Source of the DNA: Balanoglossus misakiensis | Taxonomy: Eukaryota > Animalia > Hemichordata | DNA: 64,000 bases | NCBI GenBank assembly: GCA_040954595.2 | Contig: CM082580.2 | Location: 11,484,909 to 11,548,908 of the forward strand | Direction of reading: 5' to 3' | Part shown: positions 62,661 through 64,000 of the stretch, piece after piece | How the letters are laid out: each line of letters begins with the position of its first letter | Position numbering within the stretch: position 1 is the stretch's first letter | Notes under the pieces: generated by a model | Seen by the model: the letters and a program-made list of their open reading frames with translations, nothing else | Told to the model about the DNA's origin: nothing | Databases searched by the model: none | Translations under genes and position numbers: made by a program

Positions 62661-64000
62661 AGGCAAGCACAGTACACATGTGTATTGGAGCTAGAGGCTA
62701 ACACAGCAAGGGTACGTTTGAATGTTCATCATTCTGTAGATGTTCAAGGCTCACGGCATTGCCTTTTGGCATTGCTTTTTTTCCCCTGGGCTATTTGTCT
62801 CGCATCGGCGTCATGGCAACTCAAGTGGCCTGTCTGGCGCGAACACATACAAAGAAGGGAAAATTAGTTCTCTGACCAAGTGCTGCTAATTTTCTAACGT
62901 GTTGACATTACTGACACCAACAATGTTCCCTGTGAACAATTTGGTAGCTAATGATTTTTCCGTTCAGAATGAATTCAGCGCTTGAAACTCCCGGGGGAAT
63001 GTCCCAGGTAATCACACTCATTGTAATTGCCAAGTCAGATGCTAATTGAAGTGTGATGTTCAAGAAGAACTGGGCTCCTTGGGATATCATTAAAAAAACC
63101 CAACAATATTATATTGAGCAGTTTCTGCGTGGTTCGCTCGTACAATCTGCGTGTGTTTGTGGAACTATGGACGTAGAGACTGGAACCCAAACCAGAGTCA
63201 TCAGTACAATTATACTCCTGGTTTGAAAACCTGAGGCAGTTTGACTGATTGGCCTAATTTTTTTTATGGGCACACTTTGCAGAATACTAAAAACTTTATG
63301 CCAGGTTAAACTTCGCCTAAATTAGACTTTGGAGAGAGAGAGAAAGCTACGTGCACCACTAAATTACCAAAGAGGCATCCATAACTCTCTCAAATGCAAA
63401 CACTTACCGTGGCCCTTAAAAGACCCCCCAATAAAAACCATGATGCAAAATAAATCGCCTTCCTAGATCATAGGAGAGTGAGTGCACACGTCTAATGTTC
63501 TTAATTTCAACAAACATGTTTACATTGATGCTACTTTTTATATTGTTATTGACCTTCCCAGAATTCCAGGGTTTCGTAGTGACCGGGTCAGAGAATGTAT
63601 TACGTCTTGACCTTGAGTGTAGCTGGCTTGGTTGTTTGTGTTGACCTGGCTGGAATGGCCCCTTTGCAAGTGTGTTGTCAAATTTATTGGTGCGTGGTGA
63701 GGTTATTTTAATAGCTCCCATTTAGTTTATGTACATGTGGAAAATGTGCCAATTGGGGGGGGGGGGGGGGGACGTACAGACAAGCAGAAAGTCTCCATCA
63801 AGCAATGTGAATCAACAGGTTGGTTTGCAGTCTGTGGGAGGTGCGGCAGTCAAAAACGTGTTTTTGGAAGGAGACTGTAGTAGACAGGTTCCCAGCATGC
63901 TTGTCTGGGAAAACACTTTGTGAAAGTAATTGCATTTGCTTGACTTGAGCCATTTGTGCTGTTGATTTCCACTACATCAACTGAATCAATCAACCATGTT

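Noticed and set aside
1-64000. Prokaryotic systems (CRISPR arrays, operons, rRNA, phage or defence genes)
   Set aside because: The window is intron-rich animal DNA; no regularly spaced repeat-spacer array, rRNA or bacterial-type gene cluster is visible.

Overview
Eukaryotic (animal) genomic DNA: AT-rich, with GT-AG introns and short interspersed repeats. It is probably a non-vertebrate deuterostome such as a hemichordate or echinoderm (inferred from gene and repeat style, not proven). Most listed ORFs are spurious. Splicing exons by hand gives eight protein-coding genes with intact reading frames: 5' part of plastin/fimbrin (-), AATF/Che-1 (-), BET1 (-), PKMYT1 (+, head-to-head with BET1, with a U12-type intron), a tandem cluster of three secreted C-type-lectin/EGF genes (-), and a homeobox gene (-). 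Two of the lectin genes end in an EAR/EPTP beta-propeller and one starts with an unrecognised 10-Cys module. The homeobox gene joins a SIX-type domain to a TALE-type homeodomain (ANHX-like). From about 49.4 kb to the end there are two probable non-coding first exons of a + strand gene followed by long intron-like DNA. The most notable items are the SIX-domain + TALE homeodomain gene and the CTL-EGF-EGF-EPTP secreted family. Family assignments rest on recalled motifs; no database search was run.
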